Positions 61,480-64,000 of a stretch of DNA of 64,000 nucleotides are shown here, piece after piece (position 1 is the first letter of the stretch; every line of letters begins with the position of its first letter). The position numbers were made by a program, and so were the translations under genes. Source of the DNA: Octopus sinensis (taxonomy: Eukaryota); NCBI RefSeq assembly GCF_006345805.1, contig NW_021832986.1, forward strand, positions 5,054 to 69,053. Direction: 5' to 3'. The notes below the pieces were generated by a model, which saw only the letters and a program-made list of their open reading frames with translations, was not told the DNA's origin and ran no database searches.

Positions 61480-61900
61480 AACGTTCTTCCAATCGATCCA
61501 TGGTACATAAAATATCCTCATTTGAAGCTATGATTTCATGTTTATGCTTTACGATAATACTTTCAATAGTTTTCTCGAGTACTAGCGATTTAATATATGT
61601 TCTAATTTAGACATCAATCACATGGTTCAGGATTTTGCACAATTTATCCTATGTTAGGAGCATTCTATTTTTACAGGAGCATTGTGTAAAATTTTCAATT
61701 CACTGGCTAACAAGTCTTACTTGTGTAGTTTTTCCACCTCAGTCTGTTTAAGTACGTGATTCTAACTTCTATAATCACCTATCTCAGTCTTCATTCTGTT
61801 AAATATAAAAATATCTGGTTTGTTGTTTGCATTTCAGCTTCAGCCATAATTAAAGTGCCCACTCTGATTTCTACTCTCTTTGTCGCAACAATTGACAGAA
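61480..61900 (-). mobile_element. Degenerate R4/Dong-like RLE fragment
   Basis: NNKPDIFIF...EVEKLHK*DLLASEL...LLT*D...TYIKSLVLEKTIES. Confidence 0.7.
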
Positions 61901-62328
61901 TTGAGTGTGTCTTGAAACGTGACTTTAATGAATTTGACTCTTCTAATTTGGCTTCTAATAGAATTTGACTTTAATGATTCGGAACATTAGAACAAGAAAT
62001 TGATAGTGAAGAACCCCTAGAGGAAAGTCAGAAAGCTGTAACTTTAACGAAGTTTTTAAGTTTTAAATAAATTCCACAATCAAGAAGAATTCTTAGATGT
62101 TGAAAATCTTGAATCCATTGAAAGCTTAGATTTTCGATGAACAGAACTCTAAAAAATCAAAAGTTCCTGAGTTTTTGTTATAAATAATTTTTTGCTTTAC
62201 ATTATGAATGGATGAAAATTTGCTTTTTGCATCCTGACACTTTCTTTTTGCTCCCATCAGACACAAGATCAAATTATCCCAAATAATAATTAAACTTGTA
62301 AGTAAATTATATAATATTGACATACATA

Positions 62329-63718
62329 CCTTTACTAATGTTTTGCATTTTAGCAATTTCACGTTTAGATAATAAATTTTTTGTCAAATCTGTAATAATT
62401 TTAGATTTTATATCTTTAGTGAGAAAGTGCATACTCATAAAAAATAAACTAACGTGGTAATAAAAATAAATTGACAAAAATGCTTTAAAATCAAAAAAAT
62501 TAATTAAAATTAAACTTAATTTTTTTGCCACAATTCGAGTTTTATAAAATTGTTGTGGACATAAAAAATCATTAATTACTGGCATGGACCAAAATACGAG
62601 GGTGCCCCAACAATTTCTCACAATGTGAGGGTGCTCCAAAAAGGGGGTCTGGCTGGGGTCGGACTGTATTAGTTTATTATCAAAATCGGCCGAAGCAGGG
62701 AACGAAGACAAATTTATATCAAACTTAATTGAGGACCTTCCTAATTAGAAGGTTTATTGGCGTGGAGCTGAATACTTTATTCATTCAAAAGCTAAACTTT
62801 TATCGAAAGTTCTTATTCCAACAGACCAGAATTATCATTAATGGTGTTAATCATTGACAAAGATAGTTTTATATATAAATTACATACCTAATCCAAATAA
62901 AATCGAGCTTTTCATGACACTGATGATTTTAGAGTAATTAAATGCATGCCAATTTTTAAATAAAATAGTTAAAATGGGTGTAAATGAAAAAATCGTTTTA
63001 TTCTGACATTTACGTTGGAGTATGGAACATTTAGTTGAACTGTCTGACTTAGAGAAGAATTCAAATAAATCAGCTACCACTTGTTATTTATTGAAAAATT
63101 CTTGAATAACACGATGGGCCATCTGGGAACTAGATTCAATAAACGCTCATTTCAGATTACATTAAAACATAATGAGATTGTGAGATGAATTTACATTAAA
63201 AACATTGATTTAGAATGAAACTAAAAGATTAAAAAACTACTCAATTTAGATTATTATGTCAAATAGTTTGTTTATTAATAAAAGGACTAGAGAAAAATGG
63301 TCATTGGCAGATAGCCAGAGTATTGCCTCTGACTATGGCTATAGATATTCGTTCGGTTAAATACCGGTACTCACACGGGTCGCCGGTAACCCTTTTTATT
63401 AGTGAGCCAATCCGCTGGAGTAGAGTCCGAGTAGAAACCTCCTTGTATTCCTGACGTCTCAGCAACCAAGGGGACAAACACTCTGTCATTCCCAATTCCA
63501 TTCCCAACTCACTCTTCCTCTTCTCAGCCCGTTCAGACGGGGCTCCCGGATTTTCGATACACAACTTGATATTCTGATGTTTATTTGAAAATATACATTG
63601 CAAAAAGAGCCGTAACTAAGATAAACATTATATAAAAACCTGATATGTATTCATTTAAGAAAAAAATGATAATCTAATGTGAATTATTGAAGTTGCTGCC
63701 ACCGCAATAGATAATCTA
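62329..63718 (+). repeat. Direct duplication, copy 2 (contains Tigger 5' end and CRE fragment 63299-63480)
   Basis: Matches 38706-40076 and retains a 16-bp segment that is deleted in copy 1. Confidence 0.95.
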
Positions 63719-63737
63719 TACCATTTCCTATACTAAA

Positions 63738-63853
63738 TGGGATTAACGTCAAACAAAGTGGGATTAAGGTCAAACTATGTGGGATTAACGTCAAACAAAG
63801 TGGGATTAAGGTCAAACTATGTGGGATTAACGTCAAACTAAATGGGATTAACA
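63738..63853 (+). repeat. 21-bp tandem repeat with 42-bp higher-order structure
   Basis: Alternating TGGGATTAACGTCAAACAAAG and TGGGATTAAGGTCAAACTATG, about 5.5 units. Confidence 0.9.
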
Positions 63854-64000
63854 CCAAAAAATTCTTTTTTTAAAATTTTATGTTAACCATATTTAGTGTG
63901 TCGGCAATATTTCCCTGTATTCCAGAAATAAAGCCTACACAATCTTTAGACGTAATTGTTTTCATGCTATCCACAATTATTTGTTCAAGTATCCGTGTTC

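Noticed and set aside
63738-63853. CRISPR array
   Set aside because: The units are contiguous with no unique spacers, there are no cas genes, and the context is eukaryotic.
1-64000. Ciliate-type alternative genetic code explaining in-frame TAA/TAG
   Set aside because: The apparent stops fall inside GT-AG mini-introns, and TAA/TGA end ARP5, IWS1, REEP, SUB1 and DNAJA at the expected positions.

Overview
AT-rich eukaryotic nuclear DNA, not prokaryotic. It uses the standard genetic code and has many very short GT-AG introns, mostly 23-33 nt. A TGF-beta-family receptor and a metazoan-type U2 snRNA point to an animal. The intron size suggests a reduced parasite such as a dicyemid, orthonectid or myxozoan, but this is inference. 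Host genes I can assemble by hand: SOSS-B/NABP, U2 snRNA, IWS1, ARP5, a BRO1-domain protein, a DNAJA-type chaperone with no visible J-domain, an orphan secreted protein, a TGF-beta receptor with a degenerate kinase, two LRR-like paralogues, PC4/SUB1 and REEP1-4. These genes sit among many nested mobile elements: about 14 short 3' ends of CRE-like retrotransposons, RTE, Vingi-like and R4-like retroelements, a tRNA-derived SINE, Ginger-like TGT...ACA elements with 5-bp TATTA/TTATT duplications, a Helitron, Tc1, pogo/Tigger, IS630-like and hAT elements. The most unusual items are a decayed fragment of a Chlamydiae-type bacterial rpoC at 6023-6433, the receptor pseudokinase, the TATTA-targeting intron-containing Ginger family, the CRE swarm and the J-less DnaJA. 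All homology calls come from motif recognition from memory and need a database check. Many boundaries are approximate.
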